Source: Blastocystis sp. Blastoise
Taxonomy: Eukaryota; Protista; Bigyra: Opalinata
Length of the DNA: 64,000 nucleotides
Direction of reading: 5' to 3'
Assembly: GCA_039096225.1 (NCBI GenBank)
Contig: JBBPEB010000007.1
Location: 992,001-1,056,000, forward strand
Shown piece by piece: positions 13,573 to 27,795 of the stretch (position 1 is the first letter of the stretch; each line of letters opens with the position of its first letter). Under the pieces are notes generated by a model that did not search any database, was not told the origin of the DNA, and saw nothing but the letters and a program-made list of their open reading frames with translations. The translations under genes were made by a program, and so were the position numbers.

Positions 13573-16500
13573 TTACTGTTGATCAACGACAATACTTAAT
13601 TTACCAATAGAATAACTATTATCGAAACGATCTGTAATTTCATTGGTCTTTCGAATATGTTGTGTGTGTTTTGTAGCAAATAATTTAACAGGAGGTAAGT
13701 TTAATATATATTCTGTTTGAGATAATAATTGAATATATACATAAGCATTAAGATTACGTTTTTGAAGATATTCACTTGTATATTTATCTTCTACATTAAT
13801 AACTTTCCCTGTAACTTCCATATTATTACTACTTATACTATAAGGAGTAATATTCTTATATAAACTCTTATTGGTTATATCATCATTTCGACAATTCTCA
13901 ACTAATGTCGATAAACGAGCAATATCTTTATCTGTCTTTTGCATAATCCAAGTATATAATTGTTTTTCATCATCTTCTCCATAAACACGAATCTTATAAA
14001 TATATATACATCCATCTTCTCTCTTTAAATACTTTCCTTTCACAGTATGATGATAAGAAAGAGTTAATCGTTCAATACACATATATTTTATAGTAAATAA
14101 TTGTATAGAAGGAAGTTCACTATAAGTAAGTAATTTATCACGGGGAATTGGATCATCTATATATATATATATATAACAAGGAAATAAAAAAAAATACATT
14201 TAATATAATTTTATAATATAATATAATATAAACAAAAAAATAACAAAAAACAAAAAACAAAAAACAAATATAAATCAATCAAAAAATAAATAAATATACC
14301 TATATCATAAAGTTCAGATAGATGTTCATTAATAAAAGGAGCCAATTCTTCTTTACTGCGAATAGGTATAGAAACAATAATATCACTAATAACCTTTGCA
14401 CAAGCTACAGTAGGACAAACTACATAGACATTTTCTTTGGATTTATTAATAATAATTTCATTATAGAATGTATCTACAGATATATTAAGATTAATAGGAA
14501 TACTCCAAATAACATCACCATTTAATTTTACATAATAAACATTCAAATCGGTTATAATTAAATAATTACAGAAATAATTACAATTTATATAACAAATAAA
14601 TTTATCTTTTTTCTTTTCTTGGAATATACCTCCTCGAATCATATCACTAAATATTAATTGACCAACACTACTAAAACTATCATATATTCTTAAAATATCA
14701 TCTTGATAAATAAAACGAGGAACACGTTCACGTTCTAAACTAATCTCTTCATTGGTTAAAGTCTTAACGGTATCCAATATATTTGTAGCTTCATCAGCTA
14801 AACCAGCTAATGGTTTTGCTACAAGTCCTACTACACCTGTACCAACACCTTTAAAGAATCCAAGAGCACCTTGTTCTTTAGCACCATGTACTGGATCTAA
14901 TACAAAACCAACAGCAGCTTCTTTCAATCCATAAACAAATCCTTTCTTACCTTCAGCTCTTCCTTCATTAAATTCTTTATCACCACTAATAGAAGCCATA
15001 AAATTACCTATAGTACCTGTCATCTTACTAGCACTATTAAATACACCATAAGTAGTAGAAGAAAGAAGTTTCTTTGTACCACGACCAACACCTTTAGCAA
15101 ATTCACCTGGTCCTTTAACTATACCTTGAGCAGGTTCATAGAAGAATGCTTTGACACCACTACCTACATTATCAATTAGACTAAATGGACTACCTATAAT
15201 ATCAACAGAAGCAACGATCTTATAAACATTACGCATTATTTGAGATATATAATGAGACATAATCTTAGCAATAAATTCATCTTGAGATTGTAAAATATCC
15301 GTGAAAAAGAGAGCATTCATAGAGATCTTAGCTTCATCTAGATTTCCAAGAGCAGTAGATACAGTATCGATAACAAGAGAAAGTGGTAAGAACATAGGAT
15401 CATTAGGAAGGAATGAAGAAGAAAGAGGATGAGAAGGATCCATTTTATTTGTAAGAACTAATTGTATAGGTTGTAATTCTAATGTTTCTATAAATATTTT
15501 ACTATCAGAAGCCATTTCATCAGGAAGAATAATTGGTCTAAAGAAATAAAAAATAATAATGATATGTATAATTTTAAATATTTATTGTAAAATAAAATTA
15601 GTTTAAAATGTATATATATATATATATTAAATAAGAATAATAAATATAATAATAAAGATATATATATATACCTAACAAATAGAGGATTTAATCCAATAAC
15701 TTCAGTTCCCTTCTTACGTTCAGTTTCATATAAAGTGGAAGGAATGCTACTTAATAAGGAGAGGAGAGATACTAATATATAACTATCACTATACACACGA
15801 ATCTCCTATATAGATAATTCAATAGTAATATATTAAGATATAATAATAATAATAATATACTAAGGTTATTTAAATATAGAATAAATAATATATATATATA
15901 TATATACTTGTAGAAGTAGAGAGAGATATTCTATATAAAGAACTGATGGATGTGAAGGCATAATAAGAGATAAAGAGAAGAAACTATTATCTGTATTATT
16001 AATAGAAGGAGAACCAACAAATACATTCTTATCTACAGTGAGTAATTGATTATCTATTTGGAATTTACCAAGCTATATAATGGTAAGTATTATAAGTATA
16101 ATAATAATAATAATAAACCATATAAATATAATAAACACATAAATATAATAAATAAAATAATAAATATAATATATACCTTCATTTCTACCGTTTGTGTTTT
16201 ATTAACAAGTGAATCATAAGTAATATCAAAGTTCTTACAACATATATAAAGTAATTCCTTAGGAGTACTATCAATAAGACTAATACCAAATCCTTCCATA
16301 CTAACAGTAACATTAATATTACATATATCTTTTTCACTAGGAGGAGCAACCCAGAAAGTATCTAAATTCAAATAAGTACCAAAACCAGAAATAGACTTCT
16401 TTATATTATAAACCATATCTTCTTTAATAATATCAATAGTAGTAGAATAAAAACATTTATTTAAGTCTTTTATATCTATATCTTGACCTTCAGGAGCTTC

Positions 16501-19500
16501 TGCTTTTGTTGTTTCTTTATATACACCCCATACTTGTATTTCACATTTATTCATATCTTGTGTCTTTCCCCACGGGAATGTGAACTGTTCACCAATATGC
16601 ATAGAAAATGTTGTTACTTCTATAAAATAGTAATTGTTTATATAGTAATAATTATATATTAAGATAAAATATAACGAAGAAAAGAAATAAAAATTAAAAA
16701 AAAATAATAAAAATAAATATAAAATAAGAATAAAAAAATAATAATAATAATAATATAAAAAAAAATAAAAATAAAAATAAGAATAAAAAAAAAATAATAA
16801 TAATAATAATATAAAAATAAAAATAAAAATAAACCCCTCTATATATATACTTTGAGAGACCTTCGCGAATTCAATAGAAATTGGTCTTTCTGAATAATTA
16901 TTAAAGTTATCTAATCCATCTTGATCGATTAATTTCATACCATTCACTCTTCTTAAATATAAACCAGGATGAATCTTATAATAATCAGCAGCACTACCAC
17001 CATAAACTTCTTTTACTTGTAATTTATCTCGTTCACCAACCATACATGTAAAACCTAAATCATCTTCTTCAAAATCAACTATAAATCCATTATTCTTTTC
17101 TTCCTTTTCTATTTCTCTACATACTTTAGAAGTTAAAGTACAATCACCAATAGTTGCAGTAATATAAAGAGAATCACAATCAGCAGGTATTTGGGGTAAT
17201 TGATTAATACTATTAATAATAATACTATATCCTTTATTCTTTTCTAATTCTTCAACAGCCTTTAAAGCTTTTACACTTGGATTAAAACTATTAAAAGCAG
17301 ATTTCGTTTGTCCACTCTTCTTCATAAGATCACGTGCAGTATCAATATCAACTTCAGGACTGTCTGCTATATAATCAAATGTATTCTTAGCAACATTCAA
17401 AACATCTTCTTTAGTACTATTACGATCTTCAATAGAATTAATTAAAGCATCAGTAATAGAAGGATATCGAATCTTAGCACGATTTGAATGATCAACATAT
17501 TTATTAATATATTGAGCTGTCTTATTTTCTTTATCTCCTTCTATAGAAGAAGCAGCTTCACTTGTATTCTTTATATAATTTTCTATTTCAGTATTCATAC
17601 ATACTATATATTCACCTACTTCTTGTACTATATCTTGATTGTCTACCATACGAACAGTCTCAGCAATAAGATTATTTGTACCTGTCATAAAATTAACATA
17701 TACATAACCACCAAATTTATAATCATTTTCGGGATCATAGCAAGGAACACGGAAACGATATAAAGTATTATCTTCTAAATCTTTTAAGTTAATTGTACCT
17801 ATGTAACCAGTATATGGACTTAAAACATCATAACGAACACATAAACGGAATTCTAATATATCAGGCTTTGATTTAGTTAAGAAGATTTCTTTATTATAAT
17901 AAGCTAAAATACCATTATAAGTATCAGTGGCTGCTTTCTTTTCATCTCCTTCCATTTCTACATAACTAGTTATAGAAGTCTTATTATTAATCTTTAAATC
18001 ACTTGCATATCTATATTTTATATATAAGTATTGTTTTCCTTCATGATTATCTTTTATTTCTTGTACTCGACGAGTTATATTAGCATATAATGTTTGAAGA
18101 TCTTTATAAGTCTGTACATATTTAGCTAAATATTCATTATAACTATTTAATATATATGACTTTATATATTCTTGATTCTTATTTTGTAAAGTAATATAAT
18201 CATCTTCAAAGATTAATAACTATAAAGTTATAGTATTATTAATAATAATAAACATAATAATAATATATATATATAACAAATATATAACAAATATATAGCA
18301 AATACAATAAATATAATAATAATAAAATCAAGTATATACCTTAGAAGCTTTATCAATATCCATATAAATATTAACTTTCTTATTCTTATATCTCTTTAAA
18401 GAAATAGTTTGTTTCGATATAATTTCTTCAATATTCATCTTCTTTACATATTTATATCGTTCTACACTTTCAGGATCACCAACTTTCTTCATATAAATAA
18501 ATATATAATTAGATCCTTGAGGATCCACTTTAATATATTTCGTAGAAGTAGCAGGAGAGAGACAAAGAGAAGTAGAAAGAGGAGCACCTTCTTGTTGTAT
18601 ATATATATTAAGATCTAATGTACTATTTGATATACAATAAGGAATCTCAGATAAGGACTATGAAAATGAAATTATAGTCATATATATTCATATATACATG
18701 AAAAATTAATATAATAAAATAAAATAATATAATATAATAAAATAATATAATATAAAATAATAAAATAATAAAATAATAAAATAATAAAATAATATAATAT
18801 AATAAAATAATAAAATAAATATTATATAAATATATATATATACAAGGGGTCTAAAAACAACACAGATATAGCCTAAGTTTTGTTTAATAATAACTTTAAA
18901 ACGTTTATCATTATAACGGCAATCTTCTTTTTCTTGATGTTTATCGATATTAATTTCTAATTCTCTATCTGTATTACTAACATCTATCTTCTTATCTAAT
19001 ACTATACAATATTCACCAATTGTATTTAAATCAATTTCACTACTATATACATAAGAATCGGTATTATCAGTAGAACTATCAATATTCATGCATAAATGAT
19101 TAGCATAAGCACAGGAAGGGGGATTATAAACAGAAATAGTATTACTCACTAAGGAGAATGCAGGTAAAGAAGGATGTTGACGAAGCTATATATAGAGGAT
19201 AAGATAGTATACAATAAGTTATTATATATAATAGAATAGATAATTATATATAATAGAATAGATAATTATATATAATAGAATAAAATATCTATATATATAT
19301 ATATATACAAGTATATTATATTTGGTTTCATTCTTGACTATATATTGATTTGTAATAGTAACAAGGAAGGAATAAATAAATTGATCAGGAGCACGTGCTA
19401 TAGATACATTATATATATATTGAGAACCATTCTCTCCTTCTACCTATATATAGAGTAATATATATAATAGAAAATATATATAGATTAATAATGTATATAT

Positions 19501-19572
19501 AGATATATATACTTTAACTTGATTATCTACACCAAGAGTATCAATTGAAAAAGCATCACTCATTTTACTATC

Positions 19573-19603
<31 letters not shown>

Positions 19604-19873
19604 TAATAAATAATATATAATTTATAAAATTATATATAATATATAATAATATAGAATGAATAATATATACCTCTCATATAAAGTTGTACTTTATTCTTCT
19701 TATTAGCAGGATCAATGAATCCAAATAATCGCGGGAATATATAGTTTTCATCTTTACAATTCATATACTTAGGTACATCTGGTATTTCGCTACTTGTAAA
19801 TATACGTGTTTCTGATTCAGGTAAGTGAACAGTTGTTTTATCCGAAGAATATATACTAAAAGATGATAATAAT

Positions 19874-19928
<55 letters not shown>

Positions 19929-22900
19929 TATATATATATATCAAATTGTAATAAAACTCAATAATTAATAGTAAAATAATAATAAACATAATAATAATAA
20001 ACATAATAATAATAATATATATACGAGAGAGGGTGTTCAGTTCTGTTAACGATAAGGAATTGAGGGTATATACTAATACAATAACAGCCGGTATCGTCCT
20101 TCTTAATATCATAAGATAAATATATAGTACCAGTAATCTCTGATGAATAAGAGAAACATTTCTTACTTACTTCCAGCTATATAGATAGATGTAATGTATT
20201 AATAAATGAATATATATAATATATATTATATAGAATAATATAGAATAATATAGAATAATATAGAATAATATAGAATAATATAGAATAATATAGAATAATA
20301 TAGAATAATATATACAGGAATATAAGCTAATGTATCTTTTTCTCCATATATAGTAATAAATATTTTCTTTTCAAATATATCAACACTATTAACATATTGT
20401 TCTGCACCCATTTCAATTGTATTTGTTGTCTTATTCACATCTATATATATATATATTTTAATAATAAATAATAATTATATATATAATAACTATATATATA
20501 TATATACATTTTTCTTCCATTTCCTTATATTCATAGATGCTATAGTTAATAGGAACAGGACAACAATTACTTATCTTCATAATATCACTGAAAACGCACG
20601 TGTATAGAGTTAATGACGACTTCTCCGTCACTACTTCTGAAGTAGTAACTTCTGACTATATATATACATAATGAGAAATAAGAATTCTATAATAATATAT
20701 ATATAATATATAATATATATATATACGAAAATATAATAAGGTTTATTGATATCATAAAGATTGAAACATCTATTGATATTATTATTATATATATTACAAA
20801 GTAATATATCTCTTCTTTCCTTACTATTCTCATGCTGCATAACTTCAAGACTACCTATATATATATATAATAAATATAAACATAATAAATATAAATAAAT
20901 ATAAATATAAAAAAAAAAAAAATAAATATAATAAACATAAAATAAATATAATAAACATATCATAAATATAATAAACATAAAATAAATATAAACATATCAT
21001 AAATATAAATATAATAATAACACAATATGTATATACCATTTTCAATATAAGTGACAGGAATAAAACATGATTCATCTCGTTTTATAATACATAATTCTTG
21101 TTTACATGTATCAATATTACGTTTATCTTCAATTAAATTCAAATATAGAGGATCTTTGCATTTATTATGAATACATAAATTACTCTCTATCTTTACGATT
21201 TTTTGTCCATTTTTAGAGTCTACGTGAGTAATAATATTTCCCACTACTTGAGCATTCTTATATAGGGTAGTACATTGTTGAACTTCTATATCTACATTAA
21301 TATAGATTTCATCAAAATCACCTATTTTCACACTAATAATACGATTATTTACATATTTATCTTCCATATTATAAGCACGTAAAGGAAGAGAAGGATGAGC
21401 AGGTAAAATAGTAGTAACAGTTTCTCCTTCTTCAACTAATGTATACCCAGGTTTTAATAAATAAGGGACTTTTGTAGAAGTACCATCCGTATTATTATTA
21501 CTATTAGCATCTTTAGGTGTATTTACAGTAGGTAAAGAAACAGCAAAACTAACATGACGACCTTCTTTTTTAACCGCGGGAGTATTTGTATTAGTAGTAG
21601 TAGTAGTAGTAGTAGTAGTAGCATTATTATTATCAGTATTATTACTAATATTATTAGTATCAGAGAGAGTAGAAATTTGTGATTTCTTCATATATAACGG
21701 TTTATGAGCATGAATCTGTCGATCTAACGTATCAAATGCAATCATCCAATCTTCACGTGACTCAAGATCTCGTGCACGTGCAACTAACTTTGTGTTTTGT
21801 ACTTGTATAACGAATGTATTAGGCATACATTTATTAGGAGGAGGAAGGAGATTGACTTGATCTGAAAGTATCTGAATATCTTGAGTATAAGGAGATGGAT
21901 TCATATCATCACAAGAAACAGGATTTGTAGGTATATAAGAATATAAACGGAAATAAGGAGAATCCTTATAAAGTTCTATATAACAAGGATGAAACTTCTG
22001 ATCTATAGACTATATATATAATAAGATAGAATACTATAATAAACAAATATATATATATATAAACATAAATAAATTAAAAAAAATACTTTAATATCAAAGC
22101 AATCAATAATTCCCGTGAATATCGGTTGTTCATACATAGTTGATTTATAGATAAAATCTTCTTTTTCTTTTATATATTGATATATATTACCGTCTTGTAC
22201 TACTTTATATTGTAAAGGTAATCCATAGTTATTATATATAGAGATATAATATCCTTTCATTTGACTATTACTGCGTGTTGATTTATCTTCTAAACTCTGA
22301 GATAATAAGAGTAATTGAGTTAAGAAAGCAATAGAGATATTAATATTCATAATAACATCACTATGAATGGCTATAGTAGTATAAGAAAGAGAAGAAGGAG
22401 ATAAAGAGGAAGAACTATCACGAATCTTAGCTAAACGTTGTTTCTATATGGAAATATACGTTTATATTTTAAATATATAATTATTTTGTATTTATTATAT
22501 ATATAAAATAATGAATTAAGATAAAATATCAATTATATAATTGTAATAGTAAATATTACAAAAGATATAATATAATCATATAACAATATATATATTAATA
22601 ATAGAACAATAATAATAGTATAGAATAATAAAATCTATATAATAATAACATCTATATACAATAATATGTTTAGGTAATTGTGTATAGCTAATAAACATAT
22701 GCCAAGGTTCAAAGAGAGGTTCCCATTCACACAATGTCTTATTATAATATTCTGCATAAATAGCAACAACCATATTAATATAAGTATCTTCAGGAGACAT
22801 ACGAACTGTTAATTCTATATCTGTTAAATCAAATTCTATTACAGGAAGAGATAAATCATTAGCATCATTAACTACAGTAAACTTTACATTATGAATATCT

Positions 22901-24158
22901 ACATTAAAATTAATTGTAGTTGTAGAAATAGTTTCTATATCATTTTGAGCTTCAGTTACTTTCTCTTCAATATCATCTAAATCTTTCAAATCTTTGATTT
23001 TCTTATCAATTTTCTTTACAGGAGTTGCATCTTCTTTTGAAGGGAATAATGTATTTAAGAAAGACATAAATAAATTCATATCTAAAATACCAAATCTTAA
23101 ATACACAATATTACTCATTTTATAATTACCCTTAATAGAAGCAAAATGATCATTCAATTCAACATCAATATACATATCAAAGGGTTGAATACTATCATAT
23201 ACAGTAGGAGGAGGAATAATAAGTGTGTCATTTGTACGGCAACCACGAATATTCTTAACAGCAAGATCTACAAGACAATCATCATTAGGGAATAAATGTA
23301 CTTTTAATGAAGTATCTAAAGTAAATAAATAAACAGAAGCATCAGCAATATGTGGATCCTCAACAATATATATAGATGGCTTTTCAACAAAGAAACTGAA
23401 ATATACATCCATATTCATAGCTATACAGATATAATCAATAAGTTATATTATAAATATATTATAAATATATATAATATATATATATATATTATATATATAT
23501 TATATATATGTTATATGTTATATATATATATATATTTATATACAAGTAGGTTTTTTAGGTCCTTCAAGAGCTTCTTTCTTTTTAGTTTCTTCTTCTTTTT
23601 TCTTTGTTTCTTCTTCTTCCTTCTTTTTCTCTTCTTCTGTTTTTTCAGGTCCTGCTAAAGCTCTAGTTTTCCAATCTAATAAGTCCCAAATTAAAGTTGT
23701 AGGTAATATTCTCATACTACCCATTCTTAAGGATATATGCATATACATAACATCATCATGTTTATTCTTAGAAGTAACATAATTAGGACATATTACATTA
23801 TAATCAGATACTTTTCGATTCTTCATTTCCATTAATAATGTCATACAAGGACGATTCAAATCTCCGAATTTCATTGGCTTCTTATAACTTGGAAGAACTT
23901 GATTGGTTTGACGACTATCTGCTATTTCTATATATGATAAAGTTAAACCAATATCACGTTTCTCTGAATCTTGATGGAAATGAACATTCATCTCACCAAT
24001 ATCTAATATACTTAAGGAATCCTATATATTATTTATATTATTATTTATATTATTTGTATTCGTAGTAATATATATCATAATAATAATTAACTTATTTATA
24101 TATATATCTAATTTATAAATAAATGTAAAAAAAATAGTTAATATTTAAAAAATCAAAG

Positions 24159-24192
<34 letters not shown>

Positions 24193-27100
24193 TTGATGCT
24201 TTCCCATCTGTTCATATATTTCAATTCCTTTCATATGTTCATCATAGCCTCCATAATTATTGGATAGTTCTATACATATACCATCTAAACAGAAATCTAA
24301 ATTAATAATAGAAGCTACACCTGGAGCAGTTGGTGTTTCTTCCTCTTCATCTTCATCATCATCTTCATCATCATCTTCATCATCATTAGATTCAACATTT
24401 GTTCCATTCTTCTTTTTATTCTTATTCTTATCTTTATTACTCTCTTCTTCTTCTTCTTCTTCTTTTTCTTCTTCATCTCCTTCTATTACAACATCTAAAT
24501 TATCATCAACAATTTTACTAATACCACGACTAGCTCTTAAAGCAATTTCATTATCTAATACTATAGGACTAGTATTCATAAAATCATCATTTACCTCTTC
24601 TATAGATAATTCTTCTTCTTTTTCTCCCATATTTTCGCTTAATATAGCTAAAATCATCTGAACTTGTTTTTCACTAACAGCAAAAGCAATCTTAGTAATC
24701 TTTATAGCTACATCACATTGTATATCAACACGAACAACTAAAAGCATCTCTACACCACCCATAAGAGCTTGATAAATATAATCATATTCAGGAGAAGATT
24801 TAGGAGTTAAACGATCATCTGTATCTTTTAATCCTTTTGGAACAGCAAGAGCAGATACTAATTTCATACCTTGGAAATGAATAGATATTGTATTTAAAGG
24901 TATTAAATGATCTTTAACAATACGAGCAATATTAGTAGTACGAGGAGTAATAGCAGAAGTAATTGGATCTATATAAGTAGTATCTTCTTCTATCCATTCA
25001 TTATCACTATCAATAGCATCTTCAAATTCATCATCACTCTCAAATGAATCTACAGTCTCTTTAGTATTGGAATTCATAGTAGTAGCATTAGGATCAATAT
25101 AAGTAGAAGGAAGAGGAGGAGGCATATTATTAATAGCAATTGTACCCATTTCAAATCGTAATAATTCTTGACTATTTGAATTACGAGGAATAACAATCAT
25201 AACATTATTAAATAATATATCAATTAAAGGTATAGGTACACCTCCATTTGTCATTTCATCTTTTGAAGAAGTACTTTCATCAGGTAATATAGGGACAGTA
25301 AATCCATTACTATCAACATAAGTAGAAGGTTTGGGCTCTTCTTTAATAGGTTTTTCTTTCTTATTCATTTTCTTAGATTTCTTATTCTTCTTATTTGTAC
25401 TACTATTATCTTCTTCATCTTCATCTTCTTCATTAATTGCTTCTAAATTATTCATATTTGCTATTTGTACACCTTGAATAGAATTCATAGTAGAAGTAAC
25501 AGCAGGAACAGTAGGAGCAGGAGAAGACATAAGAGCAAGAGCATCTGCTAAAATACCTTCAGAATAATAAGCTAATAATTGATTGATATATATATATCTA
25601 AATGTTATTTCAGGAGATTCCATTAATACTTTAGCAGATATATCATATCCTATAGAATAGTCATTCATATATAAAAAAGATATAATAAAGAAATTAATAT
25701 TATTTTAATATAGTAAAAAGAAAATGTTGATTTGTTTGAATGTTAAAAATAATAATAAATAATAATATATAATAATATATAATAATATATAATAATATAT
25801 AATAATAAATAATAATATATAATAATATATAATAATATATAATAATAAATAATAATAAATAATAATATATAATAATATATAATAATAAATAATAATAATA
25901 AATAATAAATAATAAATAATAAATAATAATATATATACCAGGATATTGTGGATATTTCTTAGAATTATACATAATAACATCAAAAGTAAAGAAATCATTA
26001 TTCTTTTCATCTTTAATAACTCGAATAATATAAGGATAAAGACCTTGAGAAGGTGATTTATCTTGAATAGTAATATCACCCAATCCTCCCTTAACACACA
26101 TAGTGCCTGCAGACATATTAAACATTAAATTGAATTTATCCATAGATATTAATAATAATGGACTTGTTGTCTCCTAAAAATATAGTGTAATTAATATATA
26201 AACATATATATATTATTAGTAGATATATTCATTATTATGATGATTATATTTATTGATATATATAATAGTGATAAAAAAATATTTAATATATCCATAAATA
26301 AAAAAAATTAATATATATATACAGTATTAAGAACAAGATTGATTCTCCCAAGTTCAACATAAGCAAATATAGTCTTACGATTCCAATCCCCAAAGAATTC
26401 AGGTTCTTCTTTTGGTTTTTCATCTTTAGGTTTATTATAAGCTTCTTTAGCTTTAGCTATAAGTGAGTCTCTAGTCTTTTTAACATATCCTGATGCAGCA
26501 GAAGTAAGAGAAGAGATAGAAGAACGAGAAGCAGAAGAAGCAATTGATTCTTTATCACCTAAATCTTCATTCTTAAAGAAGAAGGAAAGAAGAGAATATA
26601 TAGTTGATGGATTCACAAATACTATATATATATAATAAAATTTAAAAAAAAGAAGAAGAAACAAAAGAAAAATGAATTAATAAATCAATATATATAATAA
26701 TAATAATAATAAATATAATAAAAATTATAATAAATATAAATATAAATAATATAATAATAATAATCAAAAAAAAAAAATAATAAATATATAATATATTAAA
26801 AAAACATATATATATATTTAAATAAAAAAATAGAATAAAGAACATACTACTCATAGCTCCAAATTTCACTTTTACGACCATATCCCCTTCAACATCATTA
26901 TATATAGGAGATAATTCTTGTACCATATATACATCTATAGTAACCATTTTATTCTCTGTAGTTTCCTTTAAATCACGAGTAGCAACTTCACAATGTTCAT
27001 CTATATCTTCAGATATATACATATATTGTTTCTTTCCATTATGAATTAATGTTTCACGATGACCATCATGTATATATATAGTATCTAAAGTCATTTTCAC

Positions 27101-27757
27101 AGTCATATCATAAGTACGTTGTTGTAAAGATACATATAAATTATTCATACCAAAACTAATTATTTCTACATATTTATCTTCTTGTTTATTATTACTAAAT
27201 AAGAATAAATTAGTAATTGCTTTATCTCTTTCATCTAAAGTACAAGAAAAACCATCTATAATAACTTCTACTTCCATTGATATATATTCTTGAAGAAGTA
27301 ATAAATCTTCTTTATTAATATTTCTATATTGTTTCTTTTGTTTTAATTTTTCTTGTTCTAAAGCTTTTTCTTTCTTCTTCTTCTCTTCATCTGTATCTCC
27401 CATATAACTATTATATGCCATCTTAGCTAAAGCTCCTGTATATCCTTCTTCTTCTTCTTCTTCTCCTTCTTTCTTCTCCTTCTCTACAGGCTCAGGATTT
27501 GCTTCATCAATATTCTCAATATCAATATCATTAGGAGCAGTATTCATTGAAGCTAAGAATAATTCTGACCAATCTAAAATATTCTTATATTTATATGTAT
27601 TTATATGTAGATTCACAACATCCATATGTAATTGTACCTATAGAATAATAAATTATTATTTAAAAGATATTTATAAATAAATGATATTCATTGTCTTTGA
27701 AATAACAATAAAGAATAATTTATAAAATAGAATAATCAATAATAATAATAATAATAA

Positions 27758-27795
<38 letters not shown>

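Noticed and set aside
16620-16850. Hydrophobic in-frame segment in the 621-aa VPS13 ORF
   Set aside because: It is a stop-free canonical GTATAT...TATAG intron, not a transmembrane region.
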